From an uncultured Methanomicrobiales archaeon (GTDB lineage: Archaea; Halobacteriota; Methanomicrobia; Methanomicrobiales; Methanospirillaceae): a stretch of 64,000 bases of DNA. A program made the translations under genes and the position numbers. The stretch covers positions 1,376,001 through 1,440,000 of the forward strand of contig OY969100.1 in the NCBI GenBank assembly GCA_963697895.1, in the 5' to 3' direction. The notes below the pieces were generated by a model. The model was given only the letters and a program-made list of their open reading frames with translations. It was not told where the DNA came from and searched no databases. Shown here in pieces: positions 49,890 to 61,296 of this stretch (its first letter is position 1; each line of letters opens with the position of its first letter).

Positions 49890-51167
49890 TCACTGGTCAT
49901 AGGCGACGGTGATTCTCCTGCCGCTGTACCCGGCAATCTTCTCGTCAAGCACCGTTATTATCCCGGGAATGGATGATTTCGCGGAAGAATTTCTCAATTC
50001 CAGTTCTCGAGCCGCCGCATCCGCTTCACCGAGATCGGTCTCAAGCCGACGTACTTTCTTCTCCAGTTCCTTCCGGCGTCGGGAGAGCGGGTGTGAATCG
50101 AGGGACTGCGTTACATCCTGCAGTTCCCGGCTGCTCTTATCGTATCTTCCGAGCCCATTCACGACGTAACTCATAAGATTTGTCGGATCTGTGAAAAGCG
50201 TCTTTTCTTCTTTGTTCTTTAAGACAATGTCTCCTGTTTCGATCATTTCCGTCACCGGCGGAAGTGCTGCATCCACTGCCCCGATCAATTCATCTCTCGA
50301 CACCGATTCATGCTGCTGAAGCATCGAAAGGGCATTCCGGATCTGTTTTGCCATTACCATCTCCTGTTTCCGGCCGGCAATCTTCTCTCCTTTCCCAAAT
50401 ACGTGCTGGACCACCCCGATCAGTGCGGTAAGTTCGCGGGCCGCATCCTCCTTCTCTACGGTCATGGTTGCGATCCGGGACTTTAACTCTGCAATTTCAC
50501 GGTTGGCAGGATCATTTTCAACAGATTTCAATTCAGCCTCCACCCCTCCTATCTCTTTACGGACTGCCCCGACCCGGTTCCGGAGAGCCATGCCGGTTCC
50601 CTCCGTATCTATGGAGAGTGCATGATTCCTGATCAAATCCTCGTGAACCGATCGTATCTGGCGGATTGCTTCTTTTTTCCTGCGTGCTTCGGCCATAACA
50701 GGGTTCAGGGTATTTATTTCCCTTCCGATTTCGTCGATCGCCATTCGGATCTGTTTCATCTCCTCGGGGTATGCACCCTGAAGATGTCTTCCCTGCCCCC
50801 TCATGCCGCCTATACATCCTTTCAGGCTTTCCGTGGCCGCTTTATAGAAATCCTCGGGTTCTTCAGGGAGGTTTCTTGAACATGCCGAGTGCATCGCTTT
50901 CTCGAAGAGCGGAAGCGTGGATCTTGTCACCTGTCCAAGCTTCGGGTGGAATGCTTCTTTCTGTTCGGTCGACGAAAGCCCGTCGACGAGATCCATGATT
51001 CGTTCGCGGGCCGCAGAAATTCGGATCCGGACACTTTCTGTCTCTCCGATGAGTTCCTCCTCAAGGCGCCGTTCCTCCAAATTAAGCCAATCCGGTATCC
51101 CGGTACAGGGAATGATCTCGGCCGGGGGCTGGTCCTTTTTAAAGGCATCTTTGAGAAATTTAAACAT
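49890..51167 (-). CDS. Hypothetical helical/coiled-coil protein
   Basis: Long charged heptad-rich ORF; GGGAG upstream of MFKFLKD; no ATPase motif seen. Confidence 0.8.
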   Translation of the reverse strand: MFKFLKDAFKKDQPPAEIIPCTGIPDWLNLEERRLEEELIGETESVRIRISAARERIMDLVDGLSSTEQKEAFHPKLGQVTRSTLPLFEKAMHSACSRNLPEEPEDFYKAATESLKGCIGGMRGQGRHLQGAYPEEMKQIRMAIDEIGREINTLNPVMAEARRKKEAIRQIRSVHEDLIRNHALSIDTEGTGMALRNRVGAVRKEIGGVEAELKSVENDPANREIAELKSRIATMTVEKEDAARELTALIGVVQHVFGKGEKIAGRKQEMVMAKQIRNALSMLQQHESVSRDELIGAVDAALPPVTEMIETGDIVLKNKEEKTLFTDPTNLMSYVVNGLGRYDKSSRELQDVTQSLDSHPLSRRRKELEKKVRRLETDLGEADAAARELELRNSSAKSSIPGIITVLDEKIAGYSGRRITVAYDQ

Positions 51168-51180
51168 GAAAATCTCCCGA

Positions 51181-51696
51181 TCAGATATCGCAGTCCTTTC
51201 GTGTGATCTGCCGGAGCCGTCCCACGCCGTCGATCTCACGGATAACCTGCGCTGCCGCAGGCGGTACCAGGTATTCCCATGGTTCCCCTGATATCATTCT
51301 TCTCCGAATCTCTGTGCCGCTATGGGTATCCCGTTCATACATCGCCGGAGACTGAACTGCAAGACCCTCCTCCTCGAAGAGGCGCATGACAAGGGGATTG
51401 CTGGAATAGATGTGATCAAACGGCGGGGACATCGAGCGTACATGCGCGACCCATAATGCATTCCGCCTGATATCCTCTATAGGAATGACGTATATGGGAC
51501 AATCCAGATTCTGGAGGGCGGCATGGATCATCAGGACCCGTTCTCCGGCTGTGAACGGGTTTTCGGGTTCATGGCTAAGCTGTGCACTCCCTACACCGAT
51601 CACGACCTCATCCTCCCTCCCCGCAATCATTTCAAGAACTGACTGGTGCCCGTTATGGTACGGCTGGAAACGGCCGATGTAAAATGCCCTATTCAT
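51181..51696 (-). CDS. nadM: Nicotinamide/nicotinate-nucleotide adenylyltransferase
   Basis: [32 protein letters not shown]. Confidence 0.96.
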   Translation of the reverse strand: MNRAFYIGRFQPYHNGHQSVLEMIAGREDEVVIGVGSAQLSHEPENPFTAGERVLMIHAALQNLDCPIYVIPIEDIRRNALWVAHVRSMSPPFDHIYSSNPLVMRLFEEEGLAVQSPAMYERDTHSGTEIRRRMISGEPWEYLVPPAAAQVIREIDGVGRLRQITRKDCDI

Positions 51697-52468
51697 GAGA
51701 GATCCCCATATTTGCAATACGCGCCGCAAATGCCCCGGCCGTGAACCCGGCATCGATATTTACCACGGCGAGCACCGAACAGGACTGGAGCATACTCGCA
51801 AGCGCTGCCTTCCCGTGACCCATGTACCCGTATCCGGTGCTCACCGGTACGCCGATAACCGGGCGGTCGACCAGCCCGGCCACCACAGCGGGAAGTGTCC
51901 CCTCGCGGCCTGCGGCGACAATGAGGACATGCGCATCGAGGAGATCTTTTATTGCCGGGAAGAGGCGGTGGATGCCCGCCGCGCCCACATCGTACGCGGT
52001 GCAGACCCTGCACCCCATTTCTTCAGCAATCACCCGTGCTTCCTCCGCTACCGGGATATCGGATGTTCCGGCAGTGATGATCCCGACAACGCCACCGGAA
52101 TGTTCGACAGGGGGAACCCGGGAAAGAACCGCTACTCTGCCCAACGAATAGTATTTCATGGTGATTCCGGTCTGTTCGCCCTGCTTCTTGATCTCGGTCC
52201 ATTGTTCGGGGGAAATTCTCGTGAGGATGCATCTTCCCGCCTCTCCGACACACCCCATCGCGATCCGGGCGAGGTGCCCGATCTCCTTCCCTTCGGCGAG
52301 GATCACCTCCGGAATTCCACACCGCACCTGCCGGCCGAGGTCAAGCCGCGCGATCTCTCCGATCGTCTCGATCCTGAGCCCCTCGATCTCCCTGACTGCC
52401 TCTTCGAGGGTGATGGTATGCTCCTGGAGACGGGAGAGGACCTGGCCGAGCATGTCATGGGATCTCAT
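51689..52468 (-). CDS. larB: Nickel-pincer cofactor biosynthesis protein LarB
   Basis: [56 protein letters not shown]. Confidence 0.93.
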   Translation of the reverse strand: MRSHDMLGQVLSRLQEHTITLEEAVREIEGLRIETIGEIARLDLGRQVRCGIPEVILAEGKEIGHLARIAMGCVGEAGRCILTRISPEQWTEIKKQGEQTGITMKYYSLGRVAVLSRVPPVEHSGGVVGIITAGTSDIPVAEEARVIAEEMGCRVCTAYDVGAAGIHRLFPAIKDLLDAHVLIVAAGREGTLPAVVAGLVDRPVIGVPVSTGYGYMGHGKAALASMLQSCSVLAVVNIDAGFTAGAFAARIANMGISHE

Positions 52469-52517
52469 GGTTTGATAATAAAGATATGGCTTGGCGGATA
52501 ATAATACGTTCATAATT

Positions 52518-52859
52518 ATGAACTACCTTATCTATGTGGCGATATTCGGGGTCGCTGTTCTATTTTTTCTGTGGCTCCGTGACGCACGCATATTTTATCG
52601 GACCGGCAAACCCGGTTACCGGAAGGCTGCATACCAGGGCGTGTTATTTGGCGCGCTCGCCCTTCTTGGTGCCATGATTACCGCCTATTCTGAAAACCTG
52701 CCCATTCTCGGTCTCGGGATCATCCTGGGGGCATTATACCTGCAGGGTCGGATACAACGGGAGAAGGTCTGGACAGATGAGAGCACCTGGGAACGGTTTT
52801 TTGGTTCGGTGAAGATCGCGTCGCGGGTCAATAAGAAAGAGTTGGTCGGGAATCGATGA
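52518..52859 (+). CDS. Small three-TM hypothetical membrane protein
   Basis: Three hydrophobic segments; WLRDARIFYRTG; its stop overlaps the hisS start. Confidence 0.78.
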   Translation: MNYLIYVAIFGVAVLFFLWLRDARIFYRTGKPGYRKAAYQGVLFGALALLGAMITAYSENLPILGLGIILGALYLQGRIQREKVWTDESTWERFFGSVKIASRVNKKELVGNR

Positions 52860-54091
52860 TGCTGCAGAAACCACGGGGAACACGGGATTTTTTACCGGAT
52901 GAAATGGATGCCAGACGGGAGGTCGAGCTACGCCTGCGGGAATGTGCCCGGCGGTGGGGATACCGTGAAGTATCCACACCGGTCTTCGAAGAACTCGATC
53001 TGTTCACCCTTCGTTCCGGGGAAGGGATTATTGAGGAGATGTACGTTTTCGAGGACAAGGGTGGGAGGAAGATGGCGCTTCGGCCTGAAATCACTGCACC
53101 GGTTCTCCGAATGTATGTGAACGAGGCACGGGTATGGCCAAAGCCCCTCCGATGGTGCTATTTTGCAGACTGCTTCCGGTACGAACGCCCTCAGAAAGGT
53201 CGGTACCGGCAGTTCTGGCAATTCGGTGTCGAGCTGATCGGGGCGGATACCCCGCTCGCCGATGCAGAAGTGATCATGCTCGCATCAGAGCTCCTGGATT
53301 CCACCGGGATATCATATACCCTCCAGATCGGGCACCTGGGTTTCATGCGTCAGCTTCTGGCAGGAATCGACGCGGGCGTGAAGTGCAGGATACGCCAGTT
53401 CCTTGACAAGAGGGAGTTCGATGAACTTGCCGCATTTCTCGAGTGTGAAGGCCATAGCAAACTCTGGAATAAGCTCACGGATATAGTGGATTGCCGGACT
53501 CTGGATGAGGCATGGGGAATATGCGGAGATCTTCCCGAACAGGAACGGATCACGCAGACATTCGCGCTCCTCGATGACACGGGGATCCGGTACTCACTCA
53601 ATCCGGGCATCGCACGGGGCCTCGATTACTATACCGGCATTGTGTTCGAGGCCTTTGCAGAGAATCTGGGGGCGGAAAATCAGATCCTTGGAGGAGGAGG
53701 CTACCGGCTCGCACACCTGTTCGGTGGAGACGACGTGCCATCCTGTGGATTTGCCCTCGGGTTCGACCGCGTGATGGTCGCCCGCGGTACATTTTCAGCA
53801 AGAGAGGGGCATATCGTAGGCATCGTGCATACGAAGGAGGGATGTGGACGGGCACTCGAAGTCGCCCGTGCGTTTCGAAGCGCAGGGATCAGGACTGAGA
53901 TCGATCTCACTGACCGTTCCATCGGCGCACAGATCGCTCATACCTCACGAACCGCGGGATTTGCGGTGATCATCGGGCGTCGGGAGACCGAATCGGGGCT
54001 TGTCACGTTAAAAAATCTTAAAAGCGGCATTCAGAGGGAGATCAGCCTGGAAGAGGCGATCGGAGAGGTGATCGCGGATGGCGCTTGCTGA
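52856..54091 (+). CDS. hisS: Histidine--tRNA ligase
   Basis: PRGTRDFLP, LRPEIT, FRYERPQKGRYRQF, RGLDYYTG, GFALGFDR. Confidence 0.97.
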   Translation: MMLQKPRGTRDFLPDEMDARREVELRLRECARRWGYREVSTPVFEELDLFTLRSGEGIIEEMYVFEDKGGRKMALRPEITAPVLRMYVNEARVWPKPLRWCYFADCFRYERPQKGRYRQFWQFGVELIGADTPLADAEVIMLASELLDSTGISYTLQIGHLGFMRQLLAGIDAGVKCRIRQFLDKREFDELAAFLECEGHSKLWNKLTDIVDCRTLDEAWGICGDLPEQERITQTFALLDDTGIRYSLNPGIARGLDYYTGIVFEAFAENLGAENQILGGGGYRLAHLFGGDDVPSCGFALGFDRVMVARGTFSAREGHIVGIVHTKEGCGRALEVARAFRSAGIRTEIDLTDRSIGAQIAHTSRTAGFAVIIGRRETESGLVTLKNLKSGIQREISLEEAIGEVIADGAC

Positions 54092-55880
54092 CGAACTGGC
54101 CAGACAACAGCGAAGTATCAGTGTAGCGGAATTTTTTGAAAAGAACAAACATCTGCTTGGTTTTGATTCCCCGACCCGGGGTATCATTACGACGATCAAA
54201 GAAGCCGTTGACAATGCACTCGATGCCTGTGAAGAGGCAAGGGTTCTTCCCGATATATATATCGGAATAAAAAAGGTCTCTCCTGAAGTGTTCAGGATTA
54301 TCGTTGAAGACAACGGCCCCGGCATCGTGCCCGCACAGATACCCTTCGTCTTTGGAAAACTGCTCTATGGTTCCCGGTTTCATCAGATTAAACAGAGCCG
54401 TGGCCAGCAGGGAATCGGCATCAGCGCCGCGGTCCTCTATGCACAGCTGACAACAGGTGTGCCCACCATCATCGTATCCCGGACAGGTCCCGAGTCCCCT
54501 GCGCACCGGTTCGAACTCCAGATCCATATCGAATCAAATGAACCGGAGGTTCTGTCTCATGATGAGGTGGAATGGGACCGGCCCCATGGCACCCGGGTTC
54601 AGATCGAGTTCAAGAGTTCTCTCGCCGCGAAGAAGCGCCTTCTCGAGTATCTTAAATATACCTCGGTCGTGAATCCGCACGCCCGTATCAGGGTTGAGAT
54701 CGATGACGAGTCTTTACTTTTTGAGCGGGTGAGCGATGAGGTGATCGTCTGCCCGGAACCGATTCAGCCACATCCCCACGGTATCGAGATCGGAACACTC
54801 AAACGAATGGGTGCATCGAGTGATCTGGTACTCGAGGAATTTCTCATCAGCGGGTTTTCCCGTGTAGGAAAAAAGACCGCGGAGGAGATCTGTTTCCGTT
54901 CAGAAATTTCCGGAAGACGTCCCGTCAAATCACTGACAAATGACGAACAGAAGCGCCTGCTGGAGACGATGCAACAGGTAAAGGTCCCGGCTACTCCGAC
55001 ATCGCAGTGCCTTTCGCCGATCGGGGAGGAATTAATCCGGCAGGGTCTGGAAAAAGAATTCCAGATGGATTTTGTCCGGGCGCGGACACGTCCGAGCGCC
55101 ATATTCTCCGGACACCCGTTTCTGGTCGAAGCCGCCATCGGCTACGGGGGCAGGCTTGACCCGGAGGGGAATGCCCAGATCCTTCGCTTCGCAAATCGTG
55201 TCCCCCTCATGTACCAGCAGGGTGCGTGTGCGATAACAGCAGGTGTCGCATCGGTGAACTGGAAGGGTTATGGGATCTCCCAGTCCGGCCTCCCCACCGG
55301 GCCGGTCCTCCTGCTCGTCCATGTGGCCTCGACCAATGTACCGTTCACCAGCGAGAGCAAAGATGCAATAGCAGATATTGTGGAGATTGAACGTGAAATT
55401 GTCCTCGTTTTACAGGAACTGGGGCGGGAACTCAAGACGTATCTTTCCCGGAGGGATAAGAGCAAACAGCAGGAAGACCGGGCGAGGGCAGTCTGTATGA
55501 TAATTCCGGAGATCGCGGGAAAGGTGAGCGAGATAGTGGAACTACCCACACCCGATATCTCGGCGATAGAGGGAAGGATCATGAAACGGCTGGTCACAAA
55601 ACGGTGGAAGGCTGATGGGAAGGTCTGCATCGAGCTCTCCAATTATTCTGGGTATTCGGGTGTCATCTCACTCTATGACATCTCGCGGGACGATGCAGCC
55701 GGAGCAGTGCCGTCTCCTGATGCCGTCAGCCGAATCGATGATGAATACACCAAATTGTGGCAGATCAGGGTTGATCCGGGTTCTATCTACCGGATTTCGT
55801 ATGCAGGTGAAGGAGGAGGCACACTCCTGGTACGCGGTATTGAACCGGGCAAGGTTGTGGTGGTGGACCTCGATGCCTGA
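54078..55880 (+). CDS. top6B: DNA topoisomerase VI subunit B
   Basis: [49 protein letters not shown]. Confidence 0.97.
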   Translation: MALADELARQQRSISVAEFFEKNKHLLGFDSPTRGIITTIKEAVDNALDACEEARVLPDIYIGIKKVSPEVFRIIVEDNGPGIVPAQIPFVFGKLLYGSRFHQIKQSRGQQGIGISAAVLYAQLTTGVPTIIVSRTGPESPAHRFELQIHIESNEPEVLSHDEVEWDRPHGTRVQIEFKSSLAAKKRLLEYLKYTSVVNPHARIRVEIDDESLLFERVSDEVIVCPEPIQPHPHGIEIGTLKRMGASSDLVLEEFLISGFSRVGKKTAEEICFRSEISGRRPVKSLTNDEQKRLLETMQQVKVPATPTSQCLSPIGEELIRQGLEKEFQMDFVRARTRPSAIFSGHPFLVEAAIGYGGRLDPEGNAQILRFANRVPLMYQQGACAITAGVASVNWKGYGISQSGLPTGPVLLLVHVASTNVPFTSESKDAIADIVEIEREIVLVLQELGRELKTYLSRRDKSKQQEDRARAVCMIIPEIAGKVSEIVELPTPDISAIEGRIMKRLVTKRWKADGKVCIELSNYSGYSGVISLYDISRDDAAGAVPSPDAVSRIDDEYTKLWQIRVDPGSIYRISYAGEGGGTLLVRGIEPGKVVVVDLDA

Positions 55881-56967
55881 AAGGCCGCTGGATTCCCACG
55901 CACTGAAGAAGCTGCTCGCAATAGCGCATGCCTGGTATAATCAGATGTGGGAAGGGGCACTCCCTTCGATCTCACTCCCGACGCGGACGAAACAGAACAT
56001 CGCATACGATGAAGAGACCGAGGTATGGAAATACGGAGACCGTGAAAGTGTGAGGTCGGCCGGTTCGGAGAAGAGTGCTCTGCACCTCCTGAAGATGGCT
56101 TACGTGATCGGGTTTTTGAAGATGCAGATACAGGAGCACCGTTCATCCACCCTGAGAGAACTCTATTATATATCCGAAGGATGGAAAAGGGCAAAATTTT
56201 CGATGCAGGACGAGAGCAACTTCCTCATCGAGGATCTCGAGATCCTGACTGACATGCAACGGGAAGCATTCCATCTAAGACCCGAAGAGGATGGGGCGAC
56301 GATATTCGGGCCGCTGCGCCTGAAGGAGAATACCCGGCGGGGGGAGCGGGAGATCCATTGCCAGGATGATGTCGGGGAGGCCGGATATCAGATTCCGAAT
56401 AATGTTGAGAATGTTGAACTCGTCGATCATAACGCACGGTTTGTCATCGCCATCGAAACAGGGGGTATGTACGCACGGCTGATTGAGAATGGCTTTGATG
56501 ACGAGTATCAGGCGGTGCTTGTTCACCTGAAAGGGCAGCCGGCCCGATCCACCCGAAGGATGATGAACCGTCTCTCGGGCCAGTTCAACCTTCCGGTGGT
56601 CGTCTTCACCGATGGAGATCCATGGTCTTATCGAATCTTTGCGAGCGTTGCCTATGGTGCAATTAAAAGTGCCCACATCTCGGATATCCTTGCCACGCCC
56701 CGGGCGCAGTTTGTAGGGGTCCAGCCATCCGATATCCGGGATTACAACCTTCCATCGGACCACCTGACCGACAGGGATATCGCAGCGCTCAATAGTGAGC
56801 TTTCAGACCCCCGTTTCTCGACGGATTACTGGAGAGAACAGATCCGCCTGCAGCTCCAGCTGAACCTGAAATCTGAGCAGCAGGCATTCGCTGCAAAAGG
56901 GCTCGATTTTGTTACGAGCGAGTACTTGCCGGCCCGTCTGGCCGATATGGGAGTTCTGAAAAGATGA
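55873..56967 (+). CDS. top6A: DNA topoisomerase VI subunit A
   Basis: [37 protein letters not shown]. Confidence 0.97.
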   Translation: MPERPLDSHALKKLLAIAHAWYNQMWEGALPSISLPTRTKQNIAYDEETEVWKYGDRESVRSAGSEKSALHLLKMAYVIGFLKMQIQEHRSSTLRELYYISEGWKRAKFSMQDESNFLIEDLEILTDMQREAFHLRPEEDGATIFGPLRLKENTRRGEREIHCQDDVGEAGYQIPNNVENVELVDHNARFVIAIETGGMYARLIENGFDDEYQAVLVHLKGQPARSTRRMMNRLSGQFNLPVVVFTDGDPWSYRIFASVAYGAIKSAHISDILATPRAQFVGVQPSDIRDYNLPSDHLTDRDIAALNSELSDPRFSTDYWREQIRLQLQLNLKSEQQAFAAKGLDFVTSEYLPARLADMGVLKR

Positions 56968-57035
56968 GGGAAAAAATAGGGTGCAGGATACAATTCCCTG
57001 GTTTTCCCTCCTGAAAAGCCGATCGTATCGCCCTT

Positions 57036-58073
57036 TCATACAAAGAACCTGAATGCAATCCAGGCGATGATCAGCATGATCGCTGAGTATTTTAATCCCG
57101 CAACCACCCTCCCCTCACCCATCTGCCCTGCGACCAGACCGGAAAATACAGCTTGGATCATCGCCGCATGAGCAAACAGCCGCGTATAGAACGCGACATC
57201 AATCCCCCCCAGGAATTGACTGCCGGCACCGGCCGAGGTTGCTGCGCTGCCTGCTGTTGCCATCGTCGTAAGGAACGTTGTAACCAGGATAAAGATGACG
57301 AAGAGGAATACGAGGAACGAGATGAGCACAATGACGATGTAGATCAGCATATTGTTCCGCCTGTCGGTTCTGAGCTGGACGAATTCGTACGTGTCGTTTG
57401 CCGCGGCCCGGAGGACTTCGCTGACATCTCCACCGGCCTTGCTTGCTTTTGCGATCAGATCGATGCTCCGGTCTGTCAGGGGGGTGGCAAGCCGCTTCCG
57501 GAATCTCTGCATCGCCTCGATAAACGGCACATTCCATGACATTTCACTGTCCAGCCGGCGGATATACGGGGTCAGTGTGCTGTACTCCGCCGATGCGACG
57601 AGATGAATCGCATTTGGCAGGGTCATTCCGCTGTCATTCATTCCTGCCAGATCCCGGAAGAAGTTGGGGAGGGCTTCCTCCAGTTTCCGCACGCGCTGGG
57701 ATTCCCTGAAATCAAGGACCGCGAGTGGAATGAATACAATGAGCAGGCTCAAAACCGCAAGATCATCGATGATAGTCGAGTTGAAAATGACCTCGAATCC
57801 ATTGTTGTTGATCGCAATTGCAGAACCAGCCCCGAATATTACCAGGGCAAGCGGTACACATACGATCAGGATATTGATCGGTTTTTCCGTGATCACCCTC
57901 AGGGGATGTCTGATAAAGCGGTATATTCCTTCCCGGTGTTTATGATCCGCCTCCAGTTTTTTGCTAATTTCGATCTGGTCCTTATCGAACAGACCCATCT
58001 CCGGGGGAGAAAGGTCAGGGGCAGCGATCGGATCCCGACCCCAAGGGGAATGAAACAAATCCTTTATTGTCAT
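57036..58073 (-). CDS. Type II secretion F-family / pilus platform membrane protein (TadC/PilC-like)
   Basis: LPNFFRDLAG...SGMTL, SGLVAGQMGEG, multiple TM helices. Confidence 0.9.
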   Translation of the reverse strand: MTIKDLFHSPWGRDPIAAPDLSPPEMGLFDKDQIEISKKLEADHKHREGIYRFIRHPLRVITEKPINILIVCVPLALVIFGAGSAIAINNNGFEVIFNSTIIDDLAVLSLLIVFIPLAVLDFRESQRVRKLEEALPNFFRDLAGMNDSGMTLPNAIHLVASAEYSTLTPYIRRLDSEMSWNVPFIEAMQRFRKRLATPLTDRSIDLIAKASKAGGDVSEVLRAAANDTYEFVQLRTDRRNNMLIYIVIVLISFLVFLFVIFILVTTFLTTMATAGSAATSAGAGSQFLGGIDVAFYTRLFAHAAMIQAVFSGLVAGQMGEGRVVAGLKYSAIMLIIAWIAFRFFV

Positions 58074-58074
58074 T

Positions 58075-58998
58075 TTATCCCTCCGGCGTCATGGAACTGA
58101 TCAGGATCACGAACATGATGCTCCCGAAGGGAATCAACAGGTATATAATTGCGTAGAGGAACAAAGGCTGCGTCTGGTGACTGAGGATGGACATGATCGA
58201 CTGGAGGATGATAAGGAAGAGAGGGCCGGCTACCATGGCGGTGACGTATGATTCAGAGATCAAGCCGAGCGTCTCGAGGAATAACCTTTGGGTCTGGCGA
58301 TTTTCGAGTGCATATTGATCCGCCTTGGTGCGGAAATAATCCGTAAGGTTGCTTCCGCTTGATACGCACCCCATTGCCCCCTGAAGAAATTCCTTCATGC
58401 GGAGGCTCGGCGTTGTCGAGGAGATGATCCGGAGGGAATCTATCAGATCCCTGCCGAACAGGTCGATTTCCAGCGCTATATACCGGGCTTCCACCGAGCA
58501 TTCCCCATACATCGGGCTCTCCCCCAGCTGGCGGAAGATCTCAGCCGGCGGTATCCCGGCGGAGGACATCGCGGTGACGTAGTTGATGGCATAGGGTAAC
58601 GTAGCATCGATATTCCTCTTCCGGTTCCCCGCGACAAATGCAGGATAAAGGTTGAAAATGACAAAGGTGATCCCCCCGACGACGACAAAGGATACGATCA
58701 CAGCGAGGATTGTCCCGATTATGAGGCTGTAATCTGCCAGCCCATGGACAAATTCGGGGACTGAACCCCGGTACACGATAAGAGACGGAAGATTGAGCAT
58801 ATAGGTGATCAGCCCGAGGAGGACAGATGCGATCAGGCCGGTAATGAATGAGGCCATGTATGCGGTGGCTATATACACTTCGGAAGATACCTTGAACCGG
58901 GCTGCCATCAGTGAATTGCGGAGCTCACTGTATTTATTCCGTTTTTTCAGGGTCCATCGTCCGAGGAGCTGCCAGGAGATACGTTCAAAGCTGTTCAT
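58075..58998 (-). CDS. Type II secretion F-family / pilus platform membrane protein (TadB/C-like)
   Basis: RNIDATLPYAINY, TPS..MKEFL, LETLGLISESY; TM helices. Confidence 0.9.
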   Translation of the reverse strand: MNSFERISWQLLGRWTLKKRNKYSELRNSLMAARFKVSSEVYIATAYMASFITGLIASVLLGLITYMLNLPSLIVYRGSVPEFVHGLADYSLIIGTILAVIVSFVVVGGITFVIFNLYPAFVAGNRKRNIDATLPYAINYVTAMSSAGIPPAEIFRQLGESPMYGECSVEARYIALEIDLFGRDLIDSLRIISSTTPSLRMKEFLQGAMGCVSSGSNLTDYFRTKADQYALENRQTQRLFLETLGLISESYVTAMVAGPLFLIILQSIMSILSHQTQPLFLYAIIYLLIPFGSIMFVILISSMTPEG

Positions 58999-61261
58999 AC
59001 AATTCAGCCCGCACTTTTTCCATAACAACCGCGGGATCACGGTAATAGGATATCAACATCTGGCTGACATCCCGGTAATACCGGATCTTCTTGATTCGCA
59101 TCCACTCCAGCACTTCCTGACGCATCTTCAGTTCCTCCCGCATCCTGGTCTCATCCCAGCCTCGTTCTTCCATAATCTCTTCAAGGATGAATGACTTCCC
59201 GGAGTACGTAATTTCGTCCGTGACCGGGTGCCATCGGAAGACTTCATTGGTGATCAGCTCGTTCGTTCGCGGATCGATATCCAGGATCTCGATGATCTGC
59301 TTATTTCTCCGGATCCTTTGTCCCCCGATTCGTGCCTGTACCTGAACCGACACCAGATCGAGGGCGGAGAGCATATTTCGCGGAACATTCAACGGCGGGT
59401 TTTCCAGCCGGTGCACAATGCTCGCAACCGAATCTGCATGCATGGTCGAATAGGTGATATGCCCCGTGCTCATCGCCTGGAAGAGCGTCAACGCTTCGCG
59501 TCCACGCACTTCCCCGACGATCAGGTATTCCGGCCGCTGACGGAGAGCCGCTTTCAGCAGCTCATACATATCGATCTCCCCTTTTCCTGCGGTATCAAAT
59601 GATGCCCGGGTCACGCTGGGAATCCAGTTCGGGTGTGGCAGTTTCAGCTCACGGGTATCCTCGAGGGTGACGATCTTGGCGAGAGGAGGAATAAAGAGAG
59701 ATATTGCATTCAGTGAAGTGGTCTTACCCGAAGCCGTCCCTCCCGCGAAGATGCATGATTTTCCACTCTCGACCGCAAGCCAGAGAAAAGCAACAGACAG
59801 GGGAGAGAATGTTCCCCATTCGATCAGATCGGTTGGTGAGATCGGTTCATCACGAAACTTACGGATAGTATAGGTGGAACCATGTGCGGTCACTTCCTGC
59901 CCGAGCGTCATCTGGATACGGGATCCATCACTCATGGTGGCATCGAGCATCGGCTCAGAGATAGAGATATATTTTCCCGACCTCTGCGCAAGCTTGGTTA
60001 CAAATGAGTCCAGTTCTTCAGCCCGGATATACATAAGGTTCGTTCGCATCGATTCATATCGTGCATGATAGACAAAAATATGGGAATTCACCCCGTCGCA
60101 GGATATGTCCTCGATATATTTGTCATGCATGATCGGGTCAATCATGCCATTCCCGAGGAATTCCTTCCTCATATTGTAGAGAATCTTTTCCCGCTGCATC
60201 GGAGTGAGATGAATGCTGTAGTCGGCGACGATATCATCGGTGACCGTGTTTAAGGTTTTTTGTGCGACTTCTCTGACGATGTCCCGGGTATCGACATCGA
60301 GACGTTCAAAAATACGTTCTTTCAACTCGTTGAACAGATCGGTTTCCGCGGGTGAGAGAAGCGGTTCGAGCACCTCGTAGGTGTATTCATGCGTGCTGTG
60401 ATCGTAGATGATACGGATGTAGGCATACGGTTCGTTCACCGGATAGAGTTCGATCTCTTCAATACCAGGTCTTTTCGGAAATTTCAGGTCAACGAGCGGG
60501 CCATGGATATTCTTATCGTATTCGGTGGCTTGGGGTCTGATCGCCTGGAAGATGTTGAATTTTCCGAACCTTCCGGTGGGTTTCGCTTCTCCTGAAACCG
60601 GTTCCGCGGTCCCGATCTCCTTGACCGATCCCATAGTGAGATCTCCCGACCAGAGAGCATTGACCTCAGGCGAGGGGCTGGGGCCAAAGGCATCTGTCCG
60701 GGCATGAATTTTGACTTCATCAAGCTCGATGCTTGCGCCGGCAGGAAGGATCAACCCCGAGAGGTCATCAAGTTCTCCTGTTGTTCCTTTCAGACCGGAT
60801 GTTCCCTGCGAACCTTCCGACCACTGGGTTTTTCGTGCCGTGTACTGGATCTGAGTCGCCGGTGCGCCCGTATTCCGGGGATTGAGTTCACGCGGGAGAT
60901 CTTTTGGGTGTGGGCCTGGGGGTGGGCTTGGGGGTGGACTTTCAGAAACCGGCCTCTGCCCGGGAACAGACTGCGGGGTTTGTTCTTCTGCCGGTTTCCG
61001 GGATGAATCAGTGGATAACTTCTGATCCGGATTATCCTGAGATCCCGCCTGTTCAGATGCACCCACGCCGGGGGAAGTCCCCTGAATGCGTTTCATCAGG
61101 TCTCCCAGATCATGTATTGCAGGCAGATCTGTTCCCTCCGTGAGCTTCTTGTTTTCTGCCGCGTTTGTTAGCTGTATTTCCTGGCTCGGTCTCTTCAGCT
61201 TCTGCCTGAGCCGGGAAAAAGAACTGGATTCTTTTTTCTTATCATTACTCATCTCCCTCAC
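58985..61261 (-). CDS. Type II/IV secretion system ATPase (archaeal PilB/FlaI/VirB11-like) with long disordered N-terminus
   Basis: IEDISCDG, TIRKF, Walker A GGTASGKTT, LEDTREL, LRQRPEYLIVGEVRG, TGH...STMHA. Confidence 0.95.
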   Translation of the reverse strand: MREMSNDKKKESSSFSRLRQKLKRPSQEIQLTNAAENKKLTEGTDLPAIHDLGDLMKRIQGTSPGVGASEQAGSQDNPDQKLSTDSSRKPAEEQTPQSVPGQRPVSESPPPSPPPGPHPKDLPRELNPRNTGAPATQIQYTARKTQWSEGSQGTSGLKGTTGELDDLSGLILPAGASIELDEVKIHARTDAFGPSPSPEVNALWSGDLTMGSVKEIGTAEPVSGEAKPTGRFGKFNIFQAIRPQATEYDKNIHGPLVDLKFPKRPGIEEIELYPVNEPYAYIRIIYDHSTHEYTYEVLEPLLSPAETDLFNELKERIFERLDVDTRDIVREVAQKTLNTVTDDIVADYSIHLTPMQREKILYNMRKEFLGNGMIDPIMHDKYIEDISCDGVNSHIFVYHARYESMRTNLMYIRAEELDSFVTKLAQRSGKYISISEPMLDATMSDGSRIQMTLGQEVTAHGSTYTIRKFRDEPISPTDLIEWGTFSPLSVAFLWLAVESGKSCIFAGGTASGKTTSLNAISLFIPPLAKIVTLEDTRELKLPHPNWIPSVTRASFDTAGKGEIDMYELLKAALRQRPEYLIVGEVRGREALTLFQAMSTGHITYSTMHADSVASIVHRLENPPLNVPRNMLSALDLVSVQVQARIGGQRIRRNKQIIEILDIDPRTNELITNEVFRWHPVTDEITYSGKSFILEEIMEERGWDETRMREELKMRQEVLEWMRIKKIRYYRDVSQMLISYYRDPAVVMEKVRAELYEQL

Positions 61262-61296
61262 CCTCCTTCTGTAAATACCTCTGCGCGTTCAGGATC

